From NCBI GenBank assembly GCA_013265495.1, contig MU058636.1:8577425-8641424 (forward strand): a DNA stretch of 64,000 nucleotides. The letters are read 5' to 3'. The position numbers and the translations under genes are program-made. Within the stretch, counting starts at the first letter, position 1; each line of letters starts with the position of its first letter. The notes under the pieces are model-generated. The model did not search any database. It was not told where the DNA came from and was given only the letters and a program-made list of their open reading frames with translations. This document shows, one piece after another, positions 37,822 through 49,864 of this stretch. The stretch comes from Vicugna vicugna. Taxonomy: Eukaryota.

Positions 37822-40359
37822 GTACCATGCAGTATTGCTAGTATATAAGGATATCAGACAATTAAGAATATTGCAACTCAGAGTTATCAAGTATACTTTC
37901 TTCCTCCACCTTCATCTTTGACATACTGCACTGTTGCCAATAGGAGTATTGGCAGTGTAATCTCCATGTGTTCACTTCAATTTTAGTACAGATCAAAAGG
38001 TGGCCTCTTGATATTACTGTACAGAACAAAGTAATTATTGAATCTAATTAAAGGAAAAAGACAAAATAAGCTAAAATTGGGGGGGGTGTTTTGCAGTTAT
38101 TATTCCCCGGGGAACTACTGGTACTTTATCAAACCTTTATTGATACCAAATATGCTCAGATATACAGTTGCAAACATGTGTACTGGGAAGTTAGAATACA
38201 AATAATGAATAATTCCTTGGACAATTATGATGACATCCATGTATCTGAAAAACTCTCCCCCTTGTTTCTGTTAATTTCTCAGGCCTGTGCATCTGACTGA
38301 TGAAAACTTTTGTGTTTTGCAGTTAAAAAGAGAATTAATTGAGGCTGCATGATCATTAGAGCCAAAGTGAGGGGTCAGCAGAATGATTATAACCATTGGT
38401 CTTCCCAATTTGACCTGATGAATCAGGGAGATGGCATGTTCCTTTACCAGCATCAAGTCTAAACTTAAGCCTCCTGTGTCTTCCTTTCACACTCCACCAG
38501 GCTCGGGCCCCTTGGCCCCGGGTCCTTGTAGTGCCCCTGGCCAGCCTCTGCTGACTCGGGATCCCCAGGATGTGCCAACGCGCTATTCTTCACCTTCTCG
38601 AGTCCTGACACTTTCAGTCCCTATTCCCAAAGAACTATCTAATCAAAACTCTAACCTTAGTAATGTCCATGAAAGAAACTGCAAAAAAATTGCTTAAGTC
38701 AGTTTATAGGAAAAAATGATTTCTGGGGCACTTTATAAATTCAGATGCTCTATGAAAAAGTTGCAATTATTATACGTGCCGACTTCTCTCCCTGCCCTTT
38801 CTTCATACTTGATGAAGACTTTAAACTGAGTCAAACACACTTCCTTCCCCCTCTGCCTCCATCTCCCCTATAGACGCAGAGCTTGTCGAATTGCTATAAT
38901 AGTTCTTCCCACACCTCAAACCCTTCCTTCCTGAGGGGCCATCAAAGCTCATAATAATCTCATCTCTCTGCACAGAAGAGTGGCTGATTCTTACGCAAAT
39001 GTTCCATTTGAGCATTTAGATTGGAAACATCAAAAACAGTTCCCTACATTATGGATGCTTAAAAGTGTCACACTCACTTTTCAGCCTCTGCCAGCAAAAT
39101 AATCATGTTAATACAAATATTAATAATAGTAACAGTGTTGTTACTTAGACTAGTTGAAAATCAAGAATTCCATCCAATTGCACCTGAGGCATAATCAAAA
39201 TCATAAAATCCTAGTATCTTTTTAAAGAAAGACACACGGGGACTATAAAACAACGTGAAACGTTACAAACTGCTTGAGGACACTTGGTTCTTTGTCCACT
39301 GTCCTACCCACATTATGGAACAGCTCTGTTCTGGACCCACTATAAAGGGACTAAATCAACTTATGTTAAGTCAACAGACATTCACTGTGTTGCCACATCC
39401 AAAGAGAAACAAACAGAAAACTCTTTTCATCCTTCCAAATGGAATCGTGATCACTTACTGCTCTCACTGGTGTCAATTCTGTTTCTGAAATAAATGACAA
39501 ACTGTTTTAAAGGCGATAAAAGCGTCTAGCCTACGGTGACTAACGAAAGGCTTAAGAAGCCCTTTGAAATAATACTTTGAGATCTTCAATTAAATGATGC
39601 AAATCTAGGTTTGCAAATTGTTGATTTGCAAATGTGATTTTTACTTATTTTCAAAGGAGACTCTGACAGCCTCTTGGTCATAGGAGGTCTGATTACAGAC
39701 TCTTTTCAGTCTGACAGGTGCTAAAAAGTCTTGTTGCTCTCACATCTATTTCTTTTCTTCTTCGACTGCTTATTTAGAAGTACATTTGTAAGATTCTGTT
39801 CTCTTTCTTAAGAATTTAAAGGAAGAGATGAGCATAACTATGAAGGAAATAATGTTCTATGAATTCAAAGCCATGCTTCCCAATTATTATCTCAGCATTA
39901 TGTTGAAAAGGTTCACTGGAGTGCCTAACATCCATGACCCTTTAAAAGGTCTTTAATGAAACTGAAATGAAAATGAAAACGTTGGCATTAATGAACTTAA
40001 AGAAGTAGCAGAATCACTACCCACCCCCGACCCCATTCCCTTAGGAAATAGCTATTGCCAAAGAGAAGAGATAGACACTGTTGTGCCTTGTGATACCGGG
40101 GGAATGTGGTTTGCAGAAGAATTGTTTTCTTAATCAAGTTGGAGTTTCAAGGGATATCAGTGTTCAATCATGTCATCTCTCCAGTTCGAAAATGGTTCTC
40201 CTCCATTCTAGACATTTGAAATATGCAATTTGAAATTCTTAATAAATTTGCATTTAATTAAAACAAACAAACAAACATTGGCAGGCTTGTCTCAGAAAAT
40301 TACATTTTTGAGTCCTTGGAAGAGAAGTAAATGGTGCTCAGTAGATATTTTGATCCTCA

Positions 40360-40490
40360 GTAGATATTTAGATGAGAAACCTGAGGACTAGAAATATTAA
40401 GTAATTTATACCAGGTTATCCAGCTAGTGAATGTGAGGGTCAAGGATTAACCTGGGGCCTCTGTCCATAAAATCTGAGGCTTTTAATCAC
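40360..40490 (-). mobile_element. MIR SINE fragment
   Basis: AGATGAGAAACCTGAGG...TTAAGTAATTT..CCAGGTTA..CAGCTAGT. Confidence 0.65.
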
Positions 40491-41072
40491 TTTCTCCTAA
40501 ACGACTAAGGTGGTTTAGCAAAATTCAAAATGACAGACATTGTGTAAGTGTGTCATTATGCTATCATTGTTTTCGAATGCTGTTAACCATAATATTCCAT
40601 CAACTAGAACATTCCATCTGCCTTGGGTAATTTACTGTAAAAACAATCAGATTTGAGTCTGAAACATGATCTTTTATTAGCCAGATCATCAATAATTAAT
40701 TTTCAGACACAAATTTGACCTCAAGCAGAATTTTTGCAAGCAGAAAAGATATGCGTTTTCTTGTGTTTTGATGCCTTTGCTTTACTCGACAACTCTGGTT
40801 GACAGGTCATGTCAGTGAAAGTGCTGGGAAGACAAATCAAGTCAAAGAGAGGTTGGTTCCAGAAGAAACCACATCAATTATTTAATTCTGCCTTTTCATT
40901 GTTACCATTGTCAGGTATCTGGTCCTACAGGAAAAAGCATTTCCAGCCATTTCAGATAAAAGGCTTTAGAAACGCAATGCTTCAAATGAAGAGGATTATT
41001 AAAAATGAGAAATCTTTAATGCAGATATTATTCAAAGAAGATAAAAGAAGTGTTTGTCTTCAGATATTCATG

Positions 41073-41810
41073 TGTTTCCTTAAAAAGTTAAAAATAGGAC
41101 CACCATATGACCTATGGGAGTAAATGTCCAAAGGAAATGAGAAGAGGATGTCAAAGTGTTATCTGAACTTCCATCATTTCCATGTTCACTGTAGCGTTAT
41201 TCACCATAGTGAAGATACAGGAACAACCCAAGTGTCCATCAATGGATAAAATGGACAAAGAAGAAGATGAGAGATAATATGTGTACACACACACACACAC
41301 ACACAATGGCATATTATTCAGCCATGAGAAAGAAAGAAATCCTACCATTTGTGGCAACATAGATGAGCCCTGAGAGCATTACACTAAGTGAAATGAGTCA
41401 GACAGAGAAAGATACACACTTAATGGTCTCACTTATAGGTGGAATCTAAAACAAAGTCAAACTCATAGAAATAGGAGAGAAGTGGCTGATAAGGGCTGGG
41501 ATGTGGCAGTGGGGAAAATGAGAGGTTGCTAAAAAGGTATACACTTTCAGCTCTGCTATGGATAAAATCTGAAGATTTCCGTATAACATGGTGACTGCAG
41601 TGGGTAAAACTGTACTGTATAGTTGAAATATGCTAAGAGAGTAGAATTTAAATGTTCTCACAAAAGAAGAGGAATATGTGGGGTGGTGGATACTTCTGCT
41701 AAATGGAAGGGATCCTTTCACAACGTATACACATATATCAAATCACCACAATGTACATTTTAAATATCTTACAATTTTATTTGTGATTATACCACAACAA
41801 AGTTGAAAAA
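41073..41810 (+). mobile_element. L1MA/MB-type 3' end (ORF2 C-terminal remnant and 3' UTR)
   Basis: AAAAATAG.AC.ACCATATGACC...CATGTTCACTG.AGC.TTATTCAC.ATAG...AACCCAAGTGTCCATCAATGGATAAATGGA...CTAAGTGAAAT.AGTCAGACAGAGAAAGA. Confidence 0.88.
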
Positions 41811-42017
41811 ATATTTAGACAGTTGTGAGTATGAATTTGATTGGTATATGAAAGTTAATTTCAAAGGTTAATTTTGTAAGAAAAATATTTTGATGCAATT
41901 CTTTAGACACTTTTCTATTGATACGCTGCTATGAAGTATAAAAACCTCATTCACCTAAACCATCTCTTCTCATCCTTCTCTACTTTTTCCTTCTAATGTT
42001 GATAATCATTTTAGCAT

Positions 42018-42093
42018 TAGGTTGAATCATATGACTTAGTCATTTTTGTATAAAAAATCATCATATATAGGCAGTTTCATATGGTTCAAACTA
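42018..42093. mobile_element. MADE2-like mariner MITE (hairpin)
   Basis: Terminal inverted repeats TAGGTTGAATCATATGA / TCATATGGTTCAAACTA, about 76 bp in total. Confidence 0.8.
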
Positions 42094-42859
42094 TAGTGTA
42101 TTTTAGTGAAATAATATTCATAAATTTATATTCAATGTACTGTTCTTGTTTTAACTTTTACTTCCTGACTTCAATGAGCTATAAATTTACTTACACATTT
42201 TCAACTTTATAACGTTTCCAGTAGGTCCTGTCACCAAAGCTGGCCTTCTATCTTTTGTCTAAAGTTGGATTCTACAGTTGAAAATCATTGAGATTCATTT
42301 GCATTATAATAACTATATGAGTATCGATCACTACAGAGTTGAGTATTGGCCTGGGAATCTATTTTCTGCCCTATGAATCCACAGTCATTTTTAATGGAAT
42401 TTTTTTGCTACTCGGTTAATGATTTCATCTAGAATCTGGAATTCAAGACAGACCCACCTACTTCTAATCACCATGAAAGCAACAATGTTATATCAGTGGC
42501 TTGAGATGATGCATTGTAAATACTTTTGAAATGATGCAAAATAAAATAAAAAACAGTTAAAACTATACTGAATTGTACCTAATGACAGGTGATTTACAGA
42601 TGATCATAATAAGCATATGTTCATTTAATCAAAAATATATTAAGACAAAATTTTCTCTTATGCTACACTAGTATGTCAACAGAAATGCGAGTGGCCTAGG
42701 AGTGAGCAGATGGCTGGGGACAGCTGACTGATACCCAGCTCAGGAACACTATGACTGGAGGCAAGAGAAGAAGGCAGGAAGCTGGTTGTCAATGCTGTGA
42801 GGATCTGAATAAATCACTTATTTTTTCTATGTTTTATTTTTTTCTTTTTAAAAAGAAAG

Positions 42860-43780
42860 TGCTATAAAGGAAAAAATGATACGTTGAATTTCATCAAAAT
42901 TAAAACTTTTACTCTGCACATGATTTCATTAAGAAGCTGAAATGACAAGCTACAGACTTGGAGAAAATACTGAAAAACCACATCAGATAAATGATGAGTA
43001 CATAGATATTTAAATTAACTCCAAATCTCAACCCTGAAAAACAAAAACAAAAACACCTTAGATAATGTGCAAAATACAGGAAGAGACATTCCATGGAAGA
43101 GGACATACAGATGCCAATAAGCTCATAAAGTGATGTTTGACACCATAAGCCATTGGAGAAATGCAAATTAATGCTACCATAGATATCACTACCAGAAGAA
43201 TGGCTGAAATGGCTGAAATGAAAAACAGTAATGACATTGAGGCAAGGATGTTAATTTCTCCCACGTTTCCACATCCTTGTGTGGTAAGAATGTGGAGAAA
43301 CTGGACAATTCATACATTGCTGCTCCGAGTGTAAAGTGGGACAGTCACTCTGAAAAATAGTTTAGTAGTTTCTTAAAAAGATAAAACATGCGACTATAAT
43401 TTGACTCAACAATTACACTCTGGGCATGTATCCCAAATAGATGAAGACTCATGTTCACGGAGAAATCTGTACACACATGTTTAGAGCAGTGTTACTGGTG
43501 ATGGCAAAAACCTGAAAAAACCCAGATGTCCTTCGGTGGGTGAATGGTTAAACAACGTGTGGTTCATCCACACTATGGGACATTGCTCATCGATAAAAAG
43601 GAACAAATTACTGATGGACACAATAACACGGATGCATCTCAACAGCATTATACTGTGTGAAAGAAGCCAAGATCAAAATGTCAAATACTGTATGGTTTAA
43701 GCTATATTACACTCTCAAAAATGACAAAATTATAGTGATGGGAAACAAATTAATGGTTCCTAGTGGTTAGAGATGGTGTC
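42860..43780 (+). mobile_element. L1MB/MC-type ORF2 3' region relic
   Basis: TTCATCAAAATTAAAACTTT..CTCTGC...GAAATGCAAATTAA...CATACATTGCTG...CCAGATGTCCTTC.GTGGGTGAATGG.TAAAC. Confidence 0.85.
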
Positions 43781-44194
43781 TTTCAAAACACACACACACA
43801 CACCACATGTTTAAACATAAATCAAGGGGCAGATCTTGGAACAATCCTGTTTAAAATACACTTGAAAAGAGTATGAAAGATAAAGTTTTGGTGACCCTTC
43901 CTGAAAGTGACATTGATAACTATGGATAATAAATAAAAAGTAAGGAATAAGGACACTGTGTTTTCCTAGACATGGTACAAGTGGATTTAAATCCAGTCCT
44001 TCAAAAGTTAATACCTTTAGCAAGTGCTATAAAACCAAGAAAGGCTTTTGGAAATGGGATGTCATATGCTCTAAGGCTGACAGACAAAACCAAAGGTTGC
44101 TCAGTGGCTCACGTGGGCACTTTGAGAAAATGCTTCAAATTTCAAACTTGCATTATAATTGTTAAGAAACTTGGTTGTGGAATTTGTCAGGTTT

Positions 44195-44390
44195 GGGTTT
44201 AATTCAGGGCTATACTACATAATAATTAGGTGACATGGGAAAGCTATTTAACCATTCTAAGCCTTTATTTTCCTCATCTGAAAAATGGGGTTGATGATTA
44301 CTGTCATGAGGCTGATAAGACAAGATCATGTAGGCAAACCAATCCGCTTAGGAGCCGCCATGACTAATCACTCATTAAATGTTAGCTCAT
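44195..44390 (+). mobile_element. MIR SINE fragment
   Basis: GTGAC.TGGG.AAG.TATTTAACC.TTCTAAGCCT...TTTCCTCATCTG.AAAATGGGG. Confidence 0.75.
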
Positions 44391-47089
44391 GTTACATTGC
44401 TACCATTTTCAGAAAAAAAAAGTTGGAAAATTTCATTCTAGCCACCGTCAGAGCACCTTAAACTTCCCATACTCTGAGCTGTTGAAGTCCCAGAATCTTG
44501 GAAAGCCAACTAATTACTTAGCATGATAACTGTGTATTCAGGGGCTTGCAATGTGACTGTAAGCTCCATCGTGATATTACAAAGCAAAGGACTAGAAGAT
44601 CTGAGGAATACATATACTCGGTGTGAGACTCTTTACAAAACACAGAAATTGAACTCAATAGGGTTAAAGTTTCAGCTACTTAATGGCACAAAGAGGATTT
44701 CAGTCCTGAGGCTTTGCAATTAGGCTGTGGCAGAATTATGTCTTGAAAGTGATGTTTGTAAAAAAAATATGTACAGCATAAATTTTTTTGGCCATCAAGA
44801 AACTTCAGTAGAAAAATTTGTAATATACAAACTGCAGTCATGACAGCATCCTTGGAGCATCACGGCTGACAGAAAAAGCAGACAAGGAAGGAGCAGAGAT
44901 GGGCGTGTATAAAGCGGGGAGGAATTCAAGTTCCTGACTTCTCCCTTTGTCTGCACTATTCTTGTTGCCTGTAAGAGCAGAAGGTCTCACCAGAGGGCAT
45001 GTCATAGCATACAGAGAAGGATGGGCCTTGAAGACTTCACTAAGAAGAGCAGAAACAGAGAATGGGCCCCTCCAATTCTATACCCTGCCCTCTGTTCCAT
45101 CATCTGGGGAAAAGCAGAGCCAGTTAAGAGATCACTGAGAGGCTACTGAAGTCATTATCCAAGAAAGCCTTCAGATCTGTGAGGTGGTGTACTGATAAAA
45201 GTGGCGTGATGGCCTTCCAGCAAATCTACATGATGTGTAGAAAAGAAAGAAAGTAGTACTCAGGTCACAAAGAATTGAAGACGAAAGTATTTGCTTTTTT
45301 ACAGGTCTGTGGAGTAGAAATGAAGTCGCTCTCTGATTCAGGTTAGAGAGAACCCAAATATCTGCTCTTTCCACAAGGACTGTCTTGGGCAAAGGTTATA
45401 TAACCCCAAAGTCCTCCAGGTGGCGCCCCACAATTTTGGGGAAGCCTGGCTATCTCCCTCCGGATATGCCAGGAAACTGACTGAAGTCCCAGCACAGCCC
45501 ACCCTGTGGGCCTGAATTCCTGCAGTTAGATGAAATCTGCGGGCTTCCGGGGTTGAATACTGGGTGTGTAGCTACGGAGGCTCATGTCCTGAGCAGGAAG
45601 GTAGCCCAGTGGGGAAGTGAGATCCTGGATCTTCATGCCTTTCAGCCTGTCCATGGCATTGTCCCAGCTGATATGAAAACTGTGTTCCATCCACACCATG
45701 CAATACTACTAAGGATAAAAAAGAACAAGCTCGCTATACACACACAACTTGGATGAATCTCAGTCTTGGATGAATCTTGGTTGGTGGCCAACATGTTCCA
45801 CGGGAAGGAAAGTCTGGCTTTAGGATGGGTTCTCCTGATGCTCGGAGATGGCACCCTTGTTGCTGACTATGAGATGAACTCTTTTCCAGGTGTTCAGGAC
45901 CATGGACACAACCATGGCATAAGACTGTGGGCTGAGGGACAGGTTAGGAATGTCAGCCCAAAAGACAAATGTGCGTCTCACTTCTGGGACACAGCCAACC
46001 AGCATCCAGTATAGAATTTAATCTAGCTCCTCATTCTTTTCTGAGCAAACATAAATGATCCTTTCCCCAGACCATCTAATAAAATCCTATTTTATTTAAA
46101 GCCAATTATTAAGCTGGAAGGGGCTGTGGAAAAAAACTTAAGCTTTTCCAGCCATAGAAAGTTCAGTCCTGACAACTTCTCACTTGTCAGGCTGGAGCTG
46201 AGACCACTCTGTGTTGGGACTCAGTGTTGAGTCTGTACACTGTGTATTAGGAAGACAGCCCACCCTCATCCACTCCAGAATCCCTTTTGCACAGAATAAA
46301 ACTACAATGTGTATATATTTTTTTAAAAGACAATAACACACATCTCAGGGTAAGCAAGGTCTGATCTGGACCATATGAACACAACCAGCAGATATATTAA
46401 TCATATGCTGCAATGATACTGATGGTAAATTCAGAGATGAGTTTCCACAGGTAGGTTTGAATGATGTCTTAAGTTATATGATCTGGTGTCCTATGGTGTT
46501 GGTACATCTGCAGAACATCTCCAAGAAAATATATTCTATCAGGCCTTACAGCAATTTTAGCAACAACAGTTATAAATGTAACACTAACAGCAGTGAGCAA
46601 TGACATTCTCCCACCCTTGTATAATGGACTTCAGATGGGAGAAGTAAAGATTACTCAGGAAACCACAGGCCTGAAAAAAACCTCACCTCAGTAACAAAGA
46701 GGTCAAATTGCTACTGCATTATATTGCTTCTCCTTTTTGTTCAGTTAACAGTGTGTTTGTTATTCAATAAGAAAGAGCTATTAGTTGGAACTTAATTACA
46801 ACTGATTTGAGCCACATTAATATGGTTTTATTTAGAATTTTTTCTTTTATACAAAATAACTTTAAAATGGTCGTTTAGTATCTAAGGTCAAAGTCTTGGT
46901 AATTTTGCAATAATGTTACTTCTGAGCTAACAACAACAACAAAAGAATTCAGGTTAAAGATTCCAAGACTCCTTTGCAATAGCTGTATTCATCCCTCTGT
47001 GGGTACAATTATGCATCTGCACTATACTATTCTTTTAAACATTTTGACAAAATTTTTCAGCATTAAGTTAAAAATATGAAAGAAGTACT

Positions 47090-48790
47090 GCTTCTATGAC
47101 TGAATGGCATGTAATGAACTAACATCCCTTCTAACATTTAGAAAAGCTGGGTAAATATAAACAAACAAGCAAACAAACCTCTGCCTAAAGAAGAGTTGCA
47201 GAGATAACTAGGACTTGAGCAGCCAAGATCTCATTAGAGAGAAACCACAGAGAGATGGTTTGACCTTCCACAAACCACGTTTCCCCTCAAGGCATCTGCC
47301 AACGCAAATACAAAGTTCTCATGTCCTGGTAAGGAGGGAGACAGATGGAAGTGTGTCTCACACTCAGCAGCTCGTTTTGAAAAGCATTTGTTAAAATCTT
47401 AAGCTTTGAGGAAAATAAGCGAGGCACTTAGCAGAAAGCTGCTGAAATTCAGAGCAGGGTATTCATCAATCTCACAAAAATGCAGAGACTGAATTCCTTA
47501 TTTGGGAACTTGCAAGGAGAAGTGGTCTTATTTAACTGTCAAAGTTCCCAGACCCTGGGATCCTATAATGTATCAGTGAGGTCAACCAGGGGTTCATAGG
47601 GACTTGCAAAATCTGAAAATTAGCTTCCCATGAGCTCAGGTTACGACTGGACTAAGATGTTTGCTCCATCTTATCTGCCTGCCAGACCACAGAGTGTATC
47701 CTCAAGAATTCAACAATTGTTGATACATGTTTTTCACCTTTAAATAAAAATGTATGTGGCATTCTAAGAAAAAATTAAGAACATCCAGTCAACACATGAC
47801 CCTGTAATTGGAGTTATCACAATCAATCTTTAAATGTGTTATTCAACAATATTCAGAAATTAGATGGAAAAACAGAAAATTTTATGAGGCGGTCTAAAAT
47901 GTATGAAAAATAATTAAAATACTGGAAGCAAAAAAATGCAGTATTGAAATTAACAACTTAATAAGTGACTTTAGCAGCAAGTAGGACATGATGAGAAAAA
48001 AAAAGGATTCATGGATGGGAAGATAAAGCTATTAAAATTGTCCAGATTACAGCACAGAAAGCAAAAATGTATGGAAATACATTAAAAGGAAAATTAAAAG
48101 AAGACAAGAAATATGGCACAAACCAAAAAGGAAAAAAAGTGTAATTGAAGGCGTTTGGGAGGGAAACGTAGGTGCAATACTACCCCTGAAGGGATAATGA
48201 CCAATAATTTTACACAAGTGATGAAAGATATCAAGCCATATTTAAGAAATGTTTCAATAAGCAAGTCTAACTGTATAGCACAGGGAATTACACTCAACAT
48301 CTGGTAGCAACCTATAATGAAGAAGAATATGAAAGGGAATATATGTATGTACACATCTGACTGAAACATTATGCTGTACACCAGAAATTGATACAACACT
48401 GTAAACTGACTAGACTTCAATGAAAAATAAGAAAATTAAAAAAAAAAGAAATATTCCAAATGCCAAGCAGCAGAAATCCAAAGAGATCACTTTGGTACAT
48501 TATTGTAAAACTACTGAAAATAAAAGATTAAAAGGAAACATAAAAGCAACCAAAAATACAGACCACATTGCTCTCAGTGGAGCCACAATCAGACTGACGG
48601 TTGAGGTTTCAGCAGAAATGGTGCAAGTCAAAAGTCAACTGGGTGGCATAAAGTGCAGAAAGAAAATAAATTCTAATCTGGAATACTCTAACCAATTAAA
48701 AAAGCTTTAAAAGTGAGATCCAGAATAAGAACATTTTCAATCAAACAAAAGCTGAGAAAATGTTTTGCCAACATACTAACATGAAACATG
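47090..48790 (+). mobile_element. Old L1M 5' UTR/ORF1 relic hosting a younger L1 insertion
   Basis: ORF1-like motifs (GTAATTG.AG...GG.GGGAAA; CAAGCCA.AT.TAAGAA; ACAATCAGACTGAC.G..GA.TTCAGCAGAAA; AAACAAAAGCTGAG). Confidence 0.6.
48258..48445 (+). mobile_element. Short, younger artiodactyl/camelid L1 3' end with A-rich tail
   Basis: CTGTATAGCACAGGGAA.TA...GCTGTACACCAGAAATTGA.ACAACA.TGTAAACTGACTA. TSD AAGAAATGTTTCAA (48244-48257) / AAGAAATATTCCAA (48446-48459). Confidence 0.85.
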
Positions 48791-49195
48791 AGGAAGAGAA
48801 TCCTTGGCTACCCACAGAGGCATGGAGGTACAAAGGAGCAAAGGGTATCTAAAGATAGCAGGGGTAGTATCTGCAATTATAAAAAGGGAAAAGAAAACTG
48901 AAATAAAAAAATAAAACCGGTTTATAATTGTTCTTGAAAAAAAATTAATTTATCCAGCTCAGCCCACACCCCCACCAAATGCATGTAGGTCAACATGTAT
49001 AAAATTTTATTTTTTAAAAAGATCCCCCAAATTTATTTCCACCTACTTCTATGGTAAGAAGTAAAGACAGTAGCTTATCAATAGCTCATCAATAATCAGA
49101 TAAATATTTTGTATTGGTTGGTCTTAAATTTATATTTCAAATAAATAGCAAGAAATTTCAAAGCCCTGCTAAGAATTTTAAGAAGATAAATGGAA

Positions 49196-49864
49196 GACTA
49201 GGAATAGACTTACCATATGACCTAGTAATCCTACTCCTGGGCATATATCCAGAAGGAACCCTACGTCTAAAAGATGCCTGCACCCCAATGTTCAAAGCAG
49301 CACTATTTACAATAGCCAAGACATAGAAACAACCTAAATGTCCATCAACAGATGACTGGATAAAGAAGTTGTGGTATATTTATACAGTGGAATACTATTC
49401 AGCCATAAAAACCGACAACATAATGCCATTTGCAGCAACATGGATGTTCCTAGAGAATGTCATTCTAAGTGAAGTAAACCAGAAAGAGAAAGAAAAATAC
49501 CATATGATATTGTTCATATGTGGAATCTAAAAAAAAAAAAAAGACAAATGAACTTAAATATAAAACAGAAACAGACTCAGAGACATAGAATACAAACTTG
49601 TGGTTGCCAGAGGGTAGAGGAGTGGGAAGGGACAGATTGGGAGTTCAAAATTTGTAGATACTGACAGGTATATATAGAATAGATAAATAAGTTTATACTA
49701 CATAGCACAGGGAAATATATACAAGATCTTGTGGTAGCTCAAAGTGAAAAAGAATGTGACAATGAATATATGTATGTTCATGCATGACTGAAAATTTTGC
49801 TCTACACTAGAAATTGACACAACATTGTAAACTGACTATAACTCAATAAAATAAAATAAAAAAA
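49196..49864 (+). mobile_element. 5'-truncated lineage-specific L1 (ORF2 C-terminus, 3' UTR, poly(A))
   Basis: Translates LGIDLPYDLVILLLGIYP...CTPMFKAALFTIAKT*KQPKCPSTDDWIKKLWYIYT (L1 ORF2 C-terminus). TSD AAGAAGATAAATGGAA (49180-49195) / AAGGAGACACATGGAA (49865-49880). Confidence 0.92.

Noticed and set aside
37935..37954. Small hairpin TGCCAATA-GGAG-TATTGGCA
   Set aside because: An 8-bp stem is expected by chance in 64 kb, and the half-sites are in the wrong order for an NFI dimer site.
45140..45480. Faint hemopexin-like (WRDGLPANL) and kinase-like (GKPGYLPP) peptide fragments
   Set aside because: Too short, interrupted by stops and not colinear; cannot support a pseudogene call without a tBLASTx hit.
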